Assembly: GCA_035498295.1 (NCBI GenBank)
Contig: DATKAK010000008.1
Location: 3,433 to 67,432 of the forward strand
Length of the DNA stretch: 64,000 nt
Direction: 5' to 3'
From: Gallionella sp.
GTDB lineage: Bacteria; Pseudomonadota; Gammaproteobacteria; Burkholderiales; Gallionellaceae
Below are positions 10,117-20,377 of the stretch, piece after piece. Both the position numbers and the translations under genes were made by a program. The notes beneath the pieces were generated by a model. That model was not told the DNA's origin, did no database searches, and saw nothing but the letters and a program-made list of their open reading frames with translations. Within the stretch, counting starts at the first letter, position 1. Every line of letters starts with the position of its first letter.

Positions 10117-11010
10117 TCAGCGCTTCCACCAGTCTGCAATGACGCTTCCCACCGCTGGATTCACCAGGTAACCGTAGGAACGATGGCAATTCAGCCCCTC
10201 GTCGTTGCGGAAGAAGTTGTAGATGCCATGGCAATGGTCTTCAATGGATTCGACCAATCCCAGTTCCAGCATCGGCTGAAAACACTCCTTCAAATGCTGA
10301 TTGAGCGCGGCCACATCGCCCTCGGCTGAAAAATTGATCCAGCGGCGGATCAGGCCGGGGTAACTCTTTTCTCCGTTGTCATTCATGCCCAGCAAGCGCC
10401 GCCGGATGTAATGCATGCCCATCGGGCTGCCCAGTGTCAGGAGATCCAGTTTCGACGTCACGCCGTCCTCATGCGTCAACTCCCACAAGGCGTCGTAGGC
10501 GATCACGGTGCCGAGGCTGTGGCAGATCAACAGCACGTCCTGCCGCTGATCGAGCAACGGGCGCAGTGTCTGCTTGAGCAGATCGCGTATCTTGCGCGCG
10601 ACGCCGTCGCTGTTGTTGAAATAGCGGTCGATCTCTTTGGCGGTGCTGCGCACTTCTTCGGGAAGTATCCGCAACAGAAAGGGCAGGTGATCGGCCAGCG
10701 TCAACACGAAGCGGCTCAGCCAGATATTCCATGCATGGGCGTCGCGCATGTCCTGCTCCGTCGGGCCGTGTTTGTTGATCAGCGCGTCGATCCACGGGAT
10801 GTCCCGGGTGATGTCCTTGTACCGGTGATAATAAAGGTAGTTCCAGCCGGCGAAATTGAATCGCTCCGGGCTTGCCTGCAGCGCAGCGGCTACGGTTCTA
10901 TCGACGCGGCGCACCCCTTCCACCAGCGTTCGCCAGAGCAGTTCTCGGTGCAGCGCGGGCTCGGGCTTGGGGTTCTTCCCCGGCACGTAGACGATCTGCT
11001 TTGCCGCCAT
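10117..11010 (-). CDS. Putative alpha/beta-hydrolase fold protein
   Basis: CHSLG nucleophile elbow, LLTLGSP, late D and H residues. Confidence 0.65.
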   Translation of the reverse strand: MAAKQIVYVPGKNPKPEPALHRELLWRTLVEGVRRVDRTVAAALQASPERFNFAGWNYLYYHRYKDITRDIPWIDALINKHGPTEQDMRDAHAWNIWLSRFVLTLADHLPFLLRILPEEVRSTAKEIDRYFNNSDGVARKIRDLLKQTLRPLLDQRQDVLLICHSLGTVIAYDALWELTHEDGVTSKLDLLTLGSPMGMHYIRRRLLGMNDNGEKSYPGLIRRWINFSAEGDVAALNQHLKECFQPMLELGLVESIEDHCHGIYNFFRNDEGLNCHRSYGYLVNPAVGSVIADWWKR

Positions 11011-11034
11011 TTGGATGGATTAAAGCCGGCTAGA

Positions 11035-11520
11035 TCAAAGCTCGTTGAGGATGCGCTCGCGCGCCTTTTTCGCTTCATCCTCGGTGATCAATCCCTTGTC
11101 CAGCAGATCCTTGATCTTGTCCAGCCGCTGCTCCACGGTTTGATTGCCGCGGGACGCGTCGCTGGACATTGCCGGATTCACTTGCGCGCAATCCAGCTTT
11201 GCTTGCAACCCTGATTTGCTTACCCCCCCGCTGACGGTCCTGGTGTAATCAAAACATCCCTCTTTCTTCAAGGTGATCCTTCCGTACATGGATTCCTTTT
11301 CCTTGGGATAAGTGTTGGGAAAGACATCCATGTGGCTGACCTCGAGAGGGGTCAGGCCGACCTTTTCTCCCATCACATAGACTTCCGCGCCCGAAGGAAT
11401 GGATTCAACCTCGATGGGATTGTTTCCGGCGGGCGGAAACATGTCCGCCGTGGAAGAACAGCCCGCCACGAGCATCAGATTCAAAAGCGCCAGCACTTTT
11501 CGCGAACGTATAAATGACAT
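11035..11520 (-). CDS. Lipoprotein with PEGA and C-terminal SHOCT domains
   Basis: Lipobox LVAGC; IEVESIPSGAEVYV..GLTPL (PEGA); RLDKIKDLLDKGLITEDE..KARERIL (SHOCT). Confidence 0.75.
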   Translation of the reverse strand: MSFIRSRKVLALLNLMLVAGCSSTADMFPPAGNNPIEVESIPSGAEVYVMGEKVGLTPLEVSHMDVFPNTYPKEKESMYGRITLKKEGCFDYTRTVSGGVSKSGLQAKLDCAQVNPAMSSDASRGNQTVEQRLDKIKDLLDKGLITEDEAKKARERILNEL

Positions 11521-11606
11521 GATTTCTCCAATATGCATCAAGAGTGATTAAGGTCGGTATTGCAGGGTCGGTTGGTCAACCTGAGAATCGATTCGGCACG
11601 GGTATA

Positions 11607-12443
11607 TCAAGCGACGCTCTGTTTAGGCGCCGGCTGCTTGTTAAAATCCCGGAGCAGTTCGGCCCACTCGACGGCGCTCTTTCCGTGAACCAGAAAGAAC
11701 GGATTGAGCACCGCCGATGGATCCGCATAAGAGACGGGCTCGCCGTTCAATTGAATCACTCTGCCGCCCGCCCGTTCCACCACGCATTGGGCTGCAGCGG
11801 TATCCCACAAAGAGGTCGGCCCCATGCGCGGATAGACATCGGCGGTTCCGTCCGCCACCAGGCAGAATTTCAGCGAGCTTCCCATCGGCATGAGTTCGTG
11901 GCTGCCAAGCCGGCGCAGGAATTCCGTCAACGAATCTCCCGCATGGGAACGGCTGCCGACCACGCGCCAGGGCGAACCCGCCTTGTGTTCGGCAACCCGG
12001 ATCGGCACTCTCTTTCCATCGGTCCCGGACTTGAACGCCCCCGATCCTTCGGCCGCCAGGTAGGCGACCTTCAGCGCCGGGGCATAAACGACTCCCAGGA
12101 TTGCACGGCCCTGTACGATCAGGGCGATGTTGACCGTGAATTCGCCGTTGTGCTTGATAAATTCCTTGGTGCCGTCCAGCGGATCGACCAGCCAGTAACG
12201 TCCGCCATCATCGGCCCCGGTAAAATCCCCGACGGCTTCTTCCGAGAGGATGGGCAACGCCGGCTGCAGATTTTCCAGGCGCCGGAGGATGATTTCATGC
12301 GCCGCCGTGTCCGCCTCGGTCAGCGGGGATTCGTCCTCCTTTTGTGTCGAGGAAAAATCGCGCATATAGATCTTCATGATCGCGGCACCGGCTTCACGCG
12401 CGATCGCCTCGACTTGTTCCAGCAAGCCGGTGCTTGCGTGCAT
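11607..12443 (-). CDS. cysQ: 3'(2'),5'-bisphosphate nucleotidase CysQ
   Basis: SPLTEAD, LSEE, DPLDGTKEF, GSSLK, WDTAAAQ. Confidence 0.93.
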   Translation of the reverse strand: MHASTGLLEQVEAIAREAGAAIMKIYMRDFSSTQKEDESPLTEADTAAHEIILRRLENLQPALPILSEEAVGDFTGADDGGRYWLVDPLDGTKEFIKHNGEFTVNIALIVQGRAILGVVYAPALKVAYLAAEGSGAFKSGTDGKRVPIRVAEHKAGSPWRVVGSRSHAGDSLTEFLRRLGSHELMPMGSSLKFCLVADGTADVYPRMGPTSLWDTAAAQCVVERAGGRVIQLNGEPVSYADPSAVLNPFFLVHGKSAVEWAELLRDFNKQPAPKQSVA

Positions 12444-12445
12444 CG

Positions 12446-13066
12446 TCAGTTTCCGCCCCGGCCGATCACGCCGCGCTCGCGCAACAACTCGACGACCCTG
12501 GCCACCGAATCCTCCAGCGACAGTTTGCCGGTATCCACGACCAGTTCCGGATCTTCCGGTTCCTCATAAGGCGAGGAGATCCCGGTGAAGTTCTTGATCT
12601 CCCCCGCGCGGGCGCGTTTGTAGAGTCCCTTGATATCCCGCTGTTCGCAAATCTCCAGAGGACAGCGGCAATAGATCTCGAAAAATTCACCATGCGGCAC
12701 CAGCGAGCGCACTTTTTCGCGGTCGGAGCGGAACGGGGAAATGAATGCGGTCAGGGCGATCACACCGGCTTCCAGGAACAGCTTGGCCATTTCTCCGACG
12801 CGCCGGATATTCTCGACACGGTCCTCTGCTGAAAATCCCAGATCGGAACAAAGCCCGTGACGCACATTGTCGCCATCGAAGGTAAAAGTGCGGCAGCCAT
12901 TCTGGTACAAATACTCCTCGACCGAATGGGCCAGTGTCGATTTCCCGGCGCCGGACAGACCGGTGAACCACAGCAGCACGCTGCGGTGACCGTTCAACGT
13001 CTCGCGCCGGTCGCGGGTCACCGTGGCATGGTGCCAGACGACATTGCTCGATTTATCTTTTTCCAT
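12446..13066 (-). CDS. cysC: Adenylyl-sulfate kinase
   Basis: [13 protein letters not shown]-loop, [23 protein letters not shown]. Confidence 0.95.
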   Translation of the reverse strand: MEKDKSSNVVWHHATVTRDRRETLNGHRSVLLWFTGLSGAGKSTLAHSVEEYLYQNGCRTFTFDGDNVRHGLCSDLGFSAEDRVENIRRVGEMAKLFLEAGVIALTAFISPFRSDREKVRSLVPHGEFFEIYCRCPLEICEQRDIKGLYKRARAGEIKNFTGISSPYEEPEDPELVVDTGKLSLEDSVARVVELLRERGVIGRGGN

Positions 13067-13132
13067 TGCATCCCCAAAACAAGCGCCGATGGAAGACGGT
13101 GCCATTCATTCTTGCGGCCGGTCAGGCCCTCA

Positions 13133-14554
13133 TCAGCGCCCGTAGATATCCTCGAATCGCACGATGTCATCCTCGCCCAGGTATTCCCCGCTTTGCACCT
13201 CGATCATCACCAGATCGACGACACCGGGATTTTCCAGGCGGTGTTTGTGGCCCGCCGGGATGTAGGTGGACTCGTCGGTGTTGATGAAAAGTTCCTGATC
13301 GCCGTTGATCACCCTTGCCATGCCGCTGACCACGACCCAGTGTTCGCTGCGGTGATGGTGCATCTGCAGGCTGAGGCGGCCTCCCGGTTTCACCACGATG
13401 CGCTTGATTTTGAAACGCGGCCCTTCTTCCAGCACGGTGTATGTGCCCCACGGGCGATGTACGGTCGTATGCAGTCTGTGTGTCTCGTGGTTTTGCGCCT
13501 TGAGCCGCGCAAACAGGAGTTTCACGTCCTGGGCGCGGCTGCGGTCGGCCACCAGCACCGCATCGGGCGTGTCGATGACGATCAGATTGTCGACGCCGAT
13601 CGCGCCGACGATACGCTGGTTGCCCTGGATGTAACAGTTGCTGACATCGTGCAGCATGACTTCGCCGGCGATGCGGTTGCCATGCGCATCCGGCGGGGTG
13701 AGTTCTCCCACCGCGTTCCACGAACCGATGTCGCTCCAGCCGATGTTGCAGGGCACCACGGCGACATTTCCGGATTTTTCCATGACGGCATAGTCGATGG
13801 AATCGTCGGGCACGCGGCCGAAGGTTTCTGGCTCGAGTTCGATCTGGACATGTCCCTTGCCCTGTACCCGGCGGGACTGTTCCAGGCAGGTGCGGGTGGC
13901 CGACAGGATGTCGGGGCAGTGCAGCTCCATTTCGCGCAGCATGGTTCCCGCGGAAAAACAGAACATCCCGGAATTCCACAAATAGTTGCCGGAGTCCAGA
14001 TACTCCCTGGCAGCCTCAAGCGTGGGCTTTTCGACGAAACGCACCACCTTGCTGCCCTTTGCTTCGATGTAACCGTAGCCGGTTTCGGGTGTTTCGGGCT
14101 GGATGCCGAAAGTGACCAGCTTGCCTTCGGCAGCCAGGCTCATCGCTTTCGAAACGGCCTGCGCGAATGCGGCCTGATCGGTGATCAGGTGATCCGCGGC
14201 GAGCACCAGCAAGAGCGCGTCATCACCGTGGCTGGCTTGAACTTGCAGCGCCGCGGCGGCAATGGCAGGGGCGGTATTGCGGCCGAAGGGCTCGAGGATG
14301 AAGCTGTTGGGAAGTTCTTTGTAACGGGAGCTTGCCACCTCGCGGTATTCGTCCTCCGTCTTGAAGACGAGTTCGCGGTTGGTGACGGTGAGGGTCTCGG
14401 CCACGTTCGGCAGAGCCACCCCGCGCAGCCAGGCTTTTTGCAGCAGGCTTTGCCCGTCTGCCAGACGGATGAACGGCTTGGGGTGCAACTCTCGGGAAAC
14501 CGGCCAGAGCCGGGAACCCGCTCCGCCGCAAAGAATCGTCGGGATCAATTTCAT
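13133..14554 (-). CDS. manC: Mannose-1-phosphate guanylyltransferase / mannose-6-phosphate isomerase
   Basis: LCGGAGSRLWPVSR..PKPF, EPFGRNTAPA, C-terminal cupin RPWG...SLQMHHHRSEHW. Confidence 0.95.
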   Translation of the reverse strand: MKLIPTILCGGAGSRLWPVSRELHPKPFIRLADGQSLLQKAWLRGVALPNVAETLTVTNRELVFKTEDEYREVASSRYKELPNSFILEPFGRNTAPAIAAAALQVQASHGDDALLLVLAADHLITDQAAFAQAVSKAMSLAAEGKLVTFGIQPETPETGYGYIEAKGSKVVRFVEKPTLEAAREYLDSGNYLWNSGMFCFSAGTMLREMELHCPDILSATRTCLEQSRRVQGKGHVQIELEPETFGRVPDDSIDYAVMEKSGNVAVVPCNIGWSDIGSWNAVGELTPPDAHGNRIAGEVMLHDVSNCYIQGNQRIVGAIGVDNLIVIDTPDAVLVADRSRAQDVKLLFARLKAQNHETHRLHTTVHRPWGTYTVLEEGPRFKIKRIVVKPGGRLSLQMHHHRSEHWVVVSGMARVINGDQELFINTDESTYIPAGHKHRLENPGVVDLVMIEVQSGEYLGEDDIVRFEDIYGR

Positions 14555-14649
14555 ACGGTAATGATGGCGCTGTTGATTCTGGACCGGGCGATTGTACTGA
14601 GTTACGCGCGGGGGGAGCAAGGAAAACATCCATCCGGCAAACCGGGCAG

Positions 14650-14678
14650 TTGACAATAGTTCTAATTAGAACTATTGT
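14650..14678 (+). promoter_or_regulatory. Sigma70 promoter overlapped by a perfect 26-bp palindrome (probable MarR operator)
   Basis: TTGACA (14650-55), 17-bp spacer, TATTGT (14673-78); palindrome ACAATAGTTCTAATTAGAACTATTGT at 14653-14678. Confidence 0.8.
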
Positions 14679-14707
14679 GCTTCTGGTCAGTACCAAAAAA
14701 TTTGATC

Positions 14708-15157
14708 ATGACCTCATCGACGTTTTTGCCGCTGTTGCGCGAGTTGTCGGGCACTTACCAGGCCTTCGAGATCTATTCGTCCGCGCATGTGCGTTCGCTT
14801 GGCCTGACGCCGGCGCAATTCGACATCATCGCCACCCTCGGCAACACGCCCGGGATGACGGCCGGTGAATTGGGCGAAAAAACGCTGATCACCAAAGGCA
14901 CGCTGACTGGAGTGGTGGATCGTCTGGTGGACAAGAAGCTGGTGCGCCGGGTCGCCATGCCAAGCGACGGCCGCTGCCAGATCATCCAGCTGACCGCACA
15001 GGGAGAGAAAATATTTGCGCGCATCTTCCCGGAACATCTGGCGCACATGGAGCGCGCCTTCGCCCGGTTATCGCAAAAGGAGCTGAATGGAATGACCGAG
15101 AGTCTGCGCCGTTTGCGCGGAGTGCTCGCGGACGCCCACAGCAGAAGATCGTCGTAG
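14708..15157 (+). CDS. MarR family transcriptional regulator
   Basis: LGLTPAQFDII..L, TLTGVVDRLVDKKLVRR...DGR...LTAQG. Confidence 0.92.
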   Translation: MTSSTFLPLLRELSGTYQAFEIYSSAHVRSLGLTPAQFDIIATLGNTPGMTAGELGEKTLITKGTLTGVVDRLVDKKLVRRVAMPSDGRCQIIQLTAQGEKIFARIFPEHLAHMERAFARLSQKELNGMTESLRRLRGVLADAHSRRSS

Positions 15158-15283
15158 CGGAACTTCCGGGAGCGGGCTTGACCCGCGATCAAACTGCTCG
15201 GAGGCATGGCCGGACCTGCAGATTGTTCACCAACAGTTGGGAATTTTTGTCAGTGTGTCTATCTATATCTAAGGAGTAGCAAA

Positions 15284-15529
15284 ATGTCAGACAAGCAAGC
15301 AGTTATTGCCCAGAAATCTCCGTTCGTCGTTCAGGTGGAAGCCGGAAAAAGCTACTGGTGGTGCGCCTGCGGCAGGAGCGCCACGCAGCCGTTTTGCGAT
15401 GGCAGCCACAAGGGCAGCGAGTTCTCCCCGGTCGAATACAAGGCGGCCAAATCGGAAGCAGTCTACTTTTGCGGATGCAAGCACAGCGGCACCAGCCCGC
15501 TTTGCGACGGCACGCACAAGAAGCTTTGA
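15284..15529 (+). CDS. CDGSH iron-sulfur protein with two motifs (CISD3/MiNT-like)
   Basis: WCACGRS..QPFCDGSH and FCGCKHS...PLCDGTH; AAGGAG RBS. Confidence 0.92.
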   Translation: MSDKQAVIAQKSPFVVQVEAGKSYWWCACGRSATQPFCDGSHKGSEFSPVEYKAAKSEAVYFCGCKHSGTSPLCDGTHKKL

Positions 15530-15695
15530 TTTCAAACGGGGCAACCCGCCCCCGATAGGCTGCGATTTCGAGCCCCGACAACCGGTTCGATCAGGCCGCT
15601 TACCCGGTCAAGCATTGCAGAGACCCGGTATCGATCGCGTAATTGATTTCGACTGTGCACCGGCGTAGAGTGCCGCCCCATTCTGCCCATGGATA

Positions 15696-17579
15696 ATGAT
15701 TGGTGCAATGAGCGAAAGTCAGACGAAACGAAGGCTGCCCGCACTTGTGATTGGCGCGATAGGCGTGGTGTACGGCGACATCGGCACCAGTCCGCTGTAT
15801 GCGATACAGGCGACCTTTACCGGCCCCCATCCGCTTCCGGTCGTTGAAGCCAACATCATCGGTGTATTGTCCGTGATGTTCTGGACCATCATGCTGCTGA
15901 TATCGTTCAAATATGTAACCCTCATCCTGCGTGCGGACAATAACGGCGAGGGCGGATCGCTGGCCTTGCTGGCCTTGGTGAGCGAACTGACCGCAAGGCA
16001 CCCGAAGACAAAATGGTTGGCCACCGCGCTCGGCGTGTTTGCCGCCGCGCTGTTCTTTGGCGATGGCATGATCACGCCGGCGATCTCGGTGCTGTCGGCG
16101 GTCGAGGGTCTGGATCTGGTTTCCCACTCGTTCAAAAACTACATATTGCCGGTCACGGTTCTCATTCTGACCGGATTGTTTTTCATCCAGAAACGCGGCA
16201 CAAAGACGGTAGGCATGGCATTCGGTCCGATCATGATCCTCTGGTTCGTTTGCCTGGCAGGGTTCGGCATCGTTTCCATCACGCAATACCCGCAAGTCTT
16301 GTTGGCGCTGAATCCCGTTTATGCATTTCGATTCTTGAGCGCAGACCCTTGGACCGCCTTCCTCGCGCTGGGCGCCATCGTGCTCGTCATCACCGGAGGG
16401 GAGGCGCTGTATGCCGACATGGGGCATTTCGGCAAATTCCCGATCCGGCTGGCCTGGTTCTCTTTCGTCCTGCCCGCGCTGGTGCTGAATTACTTCGGTC
16501 AGGGCGCGTTGCTGCTGCATGATCCCCGAGCGATCGCCAATCCGTTCTATCTGCTCGCTCCCGCCTGGGCGCTGGTGCCGATGGTAATGCTGGCGACCGC
16601 GGCGACCATCATCGCCTCGCAAGCCGTGATATCCGGCGCATACTCGATCGCGCACCAATCCGTGCAAATGGGCCTGCTGCCGCGCATGGAGATACGCCAG
16701 ACTTCCGATCAGGCACAAGGGCAGATCTATGTGCCCCTTACCAACTGGATACTGTATCTGGCGGTCATCTTTCTGGTATTTGCGTTCCAGAGTGCCAACA
16801 ATCTGGCGGCGGCCTATGGTATCGCCGTCACCGGGACCATGACCATTACCACCATACTGATTGCTTTCGTCATTGTGCTGAAATGGCGCTGGCCATGGGG
16901 CGTCGCATTCCCCCTGATCGCAATTCTGCTGGTCGCGGACATGGCCTACCTTGCGGCCAATATCCTCAAAATCCCGCAAGGCGGCTGGTTCCCGCTCGGC
17001 GTCGCGGTGATTTCCTATACTGTGCTGACGACATGGAAACGGGGAAGGGAGCTGCTGTTTGCGGAGATCGCCCAGCAATCCGTCCCCATACAGACGATCA
17101 TTGACGGCATTGACGATATGCCGAGAGTAAGCGGAACCGCGGTGTTCCTGACTCCGGCGAACTCCGGCGCGCCGTCGGCCTTGCTGCACAACCTGAAGCA
17201 CAATCACGTGCTGCACGATCGCAACATCCTGTTGACCGTGGTGGTCGAGGACAAGCCTTATGTCACCCGGGGCAACCGGTACTTGATCACCGATATGGGC
17301 AAGAATTTCTTCCGCGTGAAATTGTTCTACGGATTCATGCAAACACCCGATATTCCGTATGCGCTGGAGTTGTGCGGGTCGCAAGTATTGCCGTTTGACA
17401 TGATGACCACTTCATTCTTCGTTTCGCGCGCCCTGGTCGTTTCAAGCGCGAAACCCGGGATGGCCAAATGGCGCGAGCGCCTGTTCATCGCCTTGTCCAA
17501 AAATGCGATGAACGCGACCGACTTTTTCAAGATCCCACCCAACCGCGTCATCGAGATGGGGACGCAGATCGCGATCTGA
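15696..17579 (+). CDS. kup: Potassium uptake transporter Kup
   Basis: GVVYGDIGTSPLYA, GEGG, GDGMITPAISVLSAVEG; start may be 15708. Confidence 0.95.
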   Translation: MIGAMSESQTKRRLPALVIGAIGVVYGDIGTSPLYAIQATFTGPHPLPVVEANIIGVLSVMFWTIMLLISFKYVTLILRADNNGEGGSLALLALVSELTARHPKTKWLATALGVFAAALFFGDGMITPAISVLSAVEGLDLVSHSFKNYILPVTVLILTGLFFIQKRGTKTVGMAFGPIMILWFVCLAGFGIVSITQYPQVLLALNPVYAFRFLSADPWTAFLALGAIVLVITGGEALYADMGHFGKFPIRLAWFSFVLPALVLNYFGQGALLLHDPRAIANPFYLLAPAWALVPMVMLATAATIIASQAVISGAYSIAHQSVQMGLLPRMEIRQTSDQAQGQIYVPLTNWILYLAVIFLVFAFQSANNLAAAYGIAVTGTMTITTILIAFVIVLKWRWPWGVAFPLIAILLVADMAYLAANILKIPQGGWFPLGVAVISYTVLTTWKRGRELLFAEIAQQSVPIQTIIDGIDDMPRVSGTAVFLTPANSGAPSALLHNLKHNHVLHDRNILLTVVVEDKPYVTRGNRYLITDMGKNFFRVKLFYGFMQTPDIPYALELCGSQVLPFDMMTTSFFVSRALVVSSAKPGMAKWRERLFIALSKNAMNATDFFKIPPNRVIEMGTQIAI

Positions 17580-17676
17580 TCGATCCGTGCCTCCCGGCAT
17601 ATTCATATTCCGGAAACGCGGTTGAAGCAGCCTATGAATCAGGGGATAATCTGCGGCTGACTCAAAAGGCGTCGCA

Positions 17677-18252
17677 ATGACTGAATATCTGCTGATCCTG
17701 ATCAGCGCGGTGTTTGTGAACAACATCGTGATGGTCAAAATCCTCGGACTGTGTCCGTTCATGGGGGTATCGAAAAAACTGGAGACCGCCATCGGCATGG
17801 GCGCGGCTACCACTTTTGTCCTGACCCTGGCATCGGGATCGAGTTACCTGATCAACCATTACCTGCTTGGCCCGGAACTGTCGTACCTCACCACGCTGTC
17901 GTTCATCGTGGTGATCGCGGGTATCGTGCAATTCACCGAAGTGGTGATCCAGAAAACCAGTCCCATGCTGTACCAGGTATTGGGCATCTATCTGCCTTTG
18001 ATCACCACCAACTGCGCGGTTCTCGGTATCCCATTGCTGAATGTGCAGGCGAAACACAATTTCATGGAATCGATCTTCTTCGGCATGGGCGGCGCGCTCG
18101 GATTCACGCTGGTGATGGTGCTGTTCGCCGCAATGCGCGAGCGGCTGGAAGGCGCTGACGTCCCGGCGATCTTCAAAGGTTCGGCGATCGCGATGGTCAC
18201 CGCCGGATTGATGAGCCTGTCTTTCATGGGATTCTCCGGGCTGATCAAATAA
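17677..18252 (+). CDS. rsxA: Rnf/Rsx electron transport complex subunit A
   Basis: [23 protein letters not shown]; operon context. Confidence 0.95.
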   Translation: MTEYLLILISAVFVNNIVMVKILGLCPFMGVSKKLETAIGMGAATTFVLTLASGSSYLINHYLLGPELSYLTTLSFIVVIAGIVQFTEVVIQKTSPMLYQVLGIYLPLITTNCAVLGIPLLNVQAKHNFMESIFFGMGGALGFTLVMVLFAAMRERLEGADVPAIFKGSAIAMVTAGLMSLSFMGFSGLIK

Positions 18253-18827
18253 TGCTGAGTGCTTTGCTGGTGATGGCGGCGATCGCGATCGTGCTCGGCG
18301 CGATACTCGGGTTCGCCGCGATCAAATTCCGCGTGGAGGACAATCCTCTGGTCGACAAGATCGACGCAGTTTTGCCGCAAACGCAATGCGGGCAGTGCAG
18401 CTACCCCGGCTGCAAGCCTTACGCAACCGCCATCGCCGCGGGAGAAGCCGACATCAACCGCTGTCCGCCGGGCGGCGAAGAAGGCATACAGAAACTCGCC
18501 GATCTGCTCGGCATGGAATTCAAGCCTTTCGGCAGCGATACCGCGGCGCCCAAGCCCAAATCGCTCGCCTTCATCGACGAAACCACCTGCATCGGCTGCA
18601 CGCTATGCATCCAGGCTTGCCCGGTGGATGCGATCGTCGGCGCGGCCAAGCAGATGCACACCGTCATCGCCGCCGAATGCACCGGCTGCGAGTTGTGCGT
18701 CGCGCCCTGCCCGGTGGACTGCATCAGCATGCAAGTCATCGAGGAAAAGATCGGTAATTGGAAATGGAAATATCCGGTGTACGCATTGACCACAGCGGGG
18801 AACGTCGCAGCAGAGGCGACGAGATGA
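18252..18827 (+). CDS. rsxB: Rnf/Rsx subunit B
   Basis: [14 protein letters not shown] plus two CxxCxxCxxxCP ferredoxin motifs. Confidence 0.95.
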   Translation: MLSALLVMAAIAIVLGAILGFAAIKFRVEDNPLVDKIDAVLPQTQCGQCSYPGCKPYATAIAAGEADINRCPPGGEEGIQKLADLLGMEFKPFGSDTAAPKPKSLAFIDETTCIGCTLCIQACPVDAIVGAAKQMHTVIAAECTGCELCVAPCPVDCISMQVIEEKIGNWKWKYPVYALTTAGNVAAEATR

Positions 18828-20377
18828 GGAAGCTGTATAAATTCCACGGCGGGGTCCACCCGCCCAGCAACAAGACGCAATCCACCCGCTCGGCCATTGC
18901 ACATGCGCCGCTGTCCTCCCGGTTGGTGGTCCCGCTGCACCAGCATGCCGGCGAAACCGCGAAGCCTGTGGTGCAGGCCGGCGATCACGTGCTGAAGGGC
19001 CAGATGATCGGCATGCCGGATGGCTTCGTTTCGAGCGCAGTGCATGCGCCCACTTCGGGCACCATCACCGCGATCGGCATGCAAGCGATCGCCCATCCAT
19101 CCGGCTTGCCCAATCTATGCGCGACGCTGATGCCGGACGGAAGGGAGGAATGGATCGAACGCATACCCGTCGATTACCGCGAGCACAGTCCATCAGAATT
19201 GCAGCATCGGCTGCGCATGGCCGGCGTGGTGGGGCTGGGCGGCGCGGCATTTCCCAGCGACGTCAAGCTGCGCACCGGAAAGTTGAAGATCGCCACGCTG
19301 ATATTGAACGGCGCGGAATGCGAACCGTATATCACCTGCGACGACATGCTGATGCGCGAACGCGCCGCCGAGATCGTGCAGGGTGCGGAGACGCTGCGCT
19401 ACATGCTGGACGCGGGCGAGGTGCTGTACGGTGTCGAGGACAACAAGCCGGAAGCGATCGCCGCATTGCAGCAGGCGATCAAGGATTCCGGCCTGAAGCA
19501 TGAAGCGGTTGCAATCCCGACGATCTACCCTGTCGGCAGCGTCAAACAGCTGATACGCGTGCTCACCGGCCAGGAAGTCCCCTCGGGGAAATTGCCCACC
19601 GACATCGGCGTGCAATGCTTCAACGTCGCCACCGCCGGCGCCGTGCATCGCGCGCTCGCGCGCGGCGAGCCGCTGCTGTCGCGCATCGTCACGGTCACCG
19701 GCAATGTGCTTCGCGCGCAGAATTTCGAGGCGCTGATCGGCACGCCGGTCGCCGAGCTGGTCGCGCTGGCCGGAACGCTGCCCGACACCAACGGTTACAT
19801 CATGGGCGGCCCGATGATGGGTTTCCCATTGCCCGATATCCAGGTTCCGCTGGTGAAGGCCACCAACTGCATCATCGCCGCGTCGGAAAAATTGTTCCCG
19901 CCGCCCCCGCCCCCGATGCCGTGCATCCGCTGCACTCGCTGCGTCGAAGTGTGTCCGGCGGAATTGCAGCCGCAGGACCTGTACTGGTTCGCGCGATCCA
20001 GGGAATTCGGCCGGGCTCAGGCGTTCAGCCTGTTCGACTGCATCGAATGCGGCGCGTGCAGCTATGTCTGTCCCAGCAACATTCCGCTGGTGCAGTTTTA
20101 CCGATTCGCCAAGAGCGAGATCCGCGCGCGCGAACATGACAAGCAGCTTGCCGATCAGGCGCGCGAACGGCACGAATATCATGAATACCGCATCGAGCGC
20201 GAGAAGCGCGAGAAAGCCGAGAGACTGGCCGCCAAGGAAAAGGCCGCGCTGGCATCCAGGCATGCCGGCGACCCGCCATTGACTTCACAGCAGAAGACGG
20301 AACAAGCCGAACTGGAAACGCGGCGCGCGCATATCCTCGAGCGAGCCAAATCCGAAGTCGAACACGCCGGGGAATGA
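18824..20377 (+). CDS. rsxC: Rnf/Rsx subunit C
   Basis: [27 protein letters not shown], two 4Fe-4S motifs; ATGA overlap with rsxB. Confidence 0.95.
   Translation: MRKLYKFHGGVHPPSNKTQSTRSAIAHAPLSSRLVVPLHQHAGETAKPVVQAGDHVLKGQMIGMPDGFVSSAVHAPTSGTITAIGMQAIAHPSGLPNLCATLMPDGREEWIERIPVDYREHSPSELQHRLRMAGVVGLGGAAFPSDVKLRTGKLKIATLILNGAECEPYITCDDMLMRERAAEIVQGAETLRYMLDAGEVLYGVEDNKPEAIAALQQAIKDSGLKHEAVAIPTIYPVGSVKQLIRVLTGQEVPSGKLPTDIGVQCFNVATAGAVHRALARGEPLLSRIVTVTGNVLRAQNFEALIGTPVAELVALAGTLPDTNGYIMGGPMMGFPLPDIQVPLVKATNCIIAASEKLFPPPPPPMPCIRCTRCVEVCPAELQPQDLYWFARSREFGRAQAFSLFDCIECGACSYVCPSNIPLVQFYRFAKSEIRAREHDKQLADQARERHEYHEYRIEREKREKAERLAAKEKAALASRHAGDPPLTSQQKTEQAELETRRAHILERAKSEVEHAGE

Noticed and set aside
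12857-14653. Long antisense and alternate-frame ORFs (also 15600-17384, 51697-53130, 60877-62865 and others)
   Set aside because: Shadow ORFs of well-identified GC-rich genes, with no motifs of their own.
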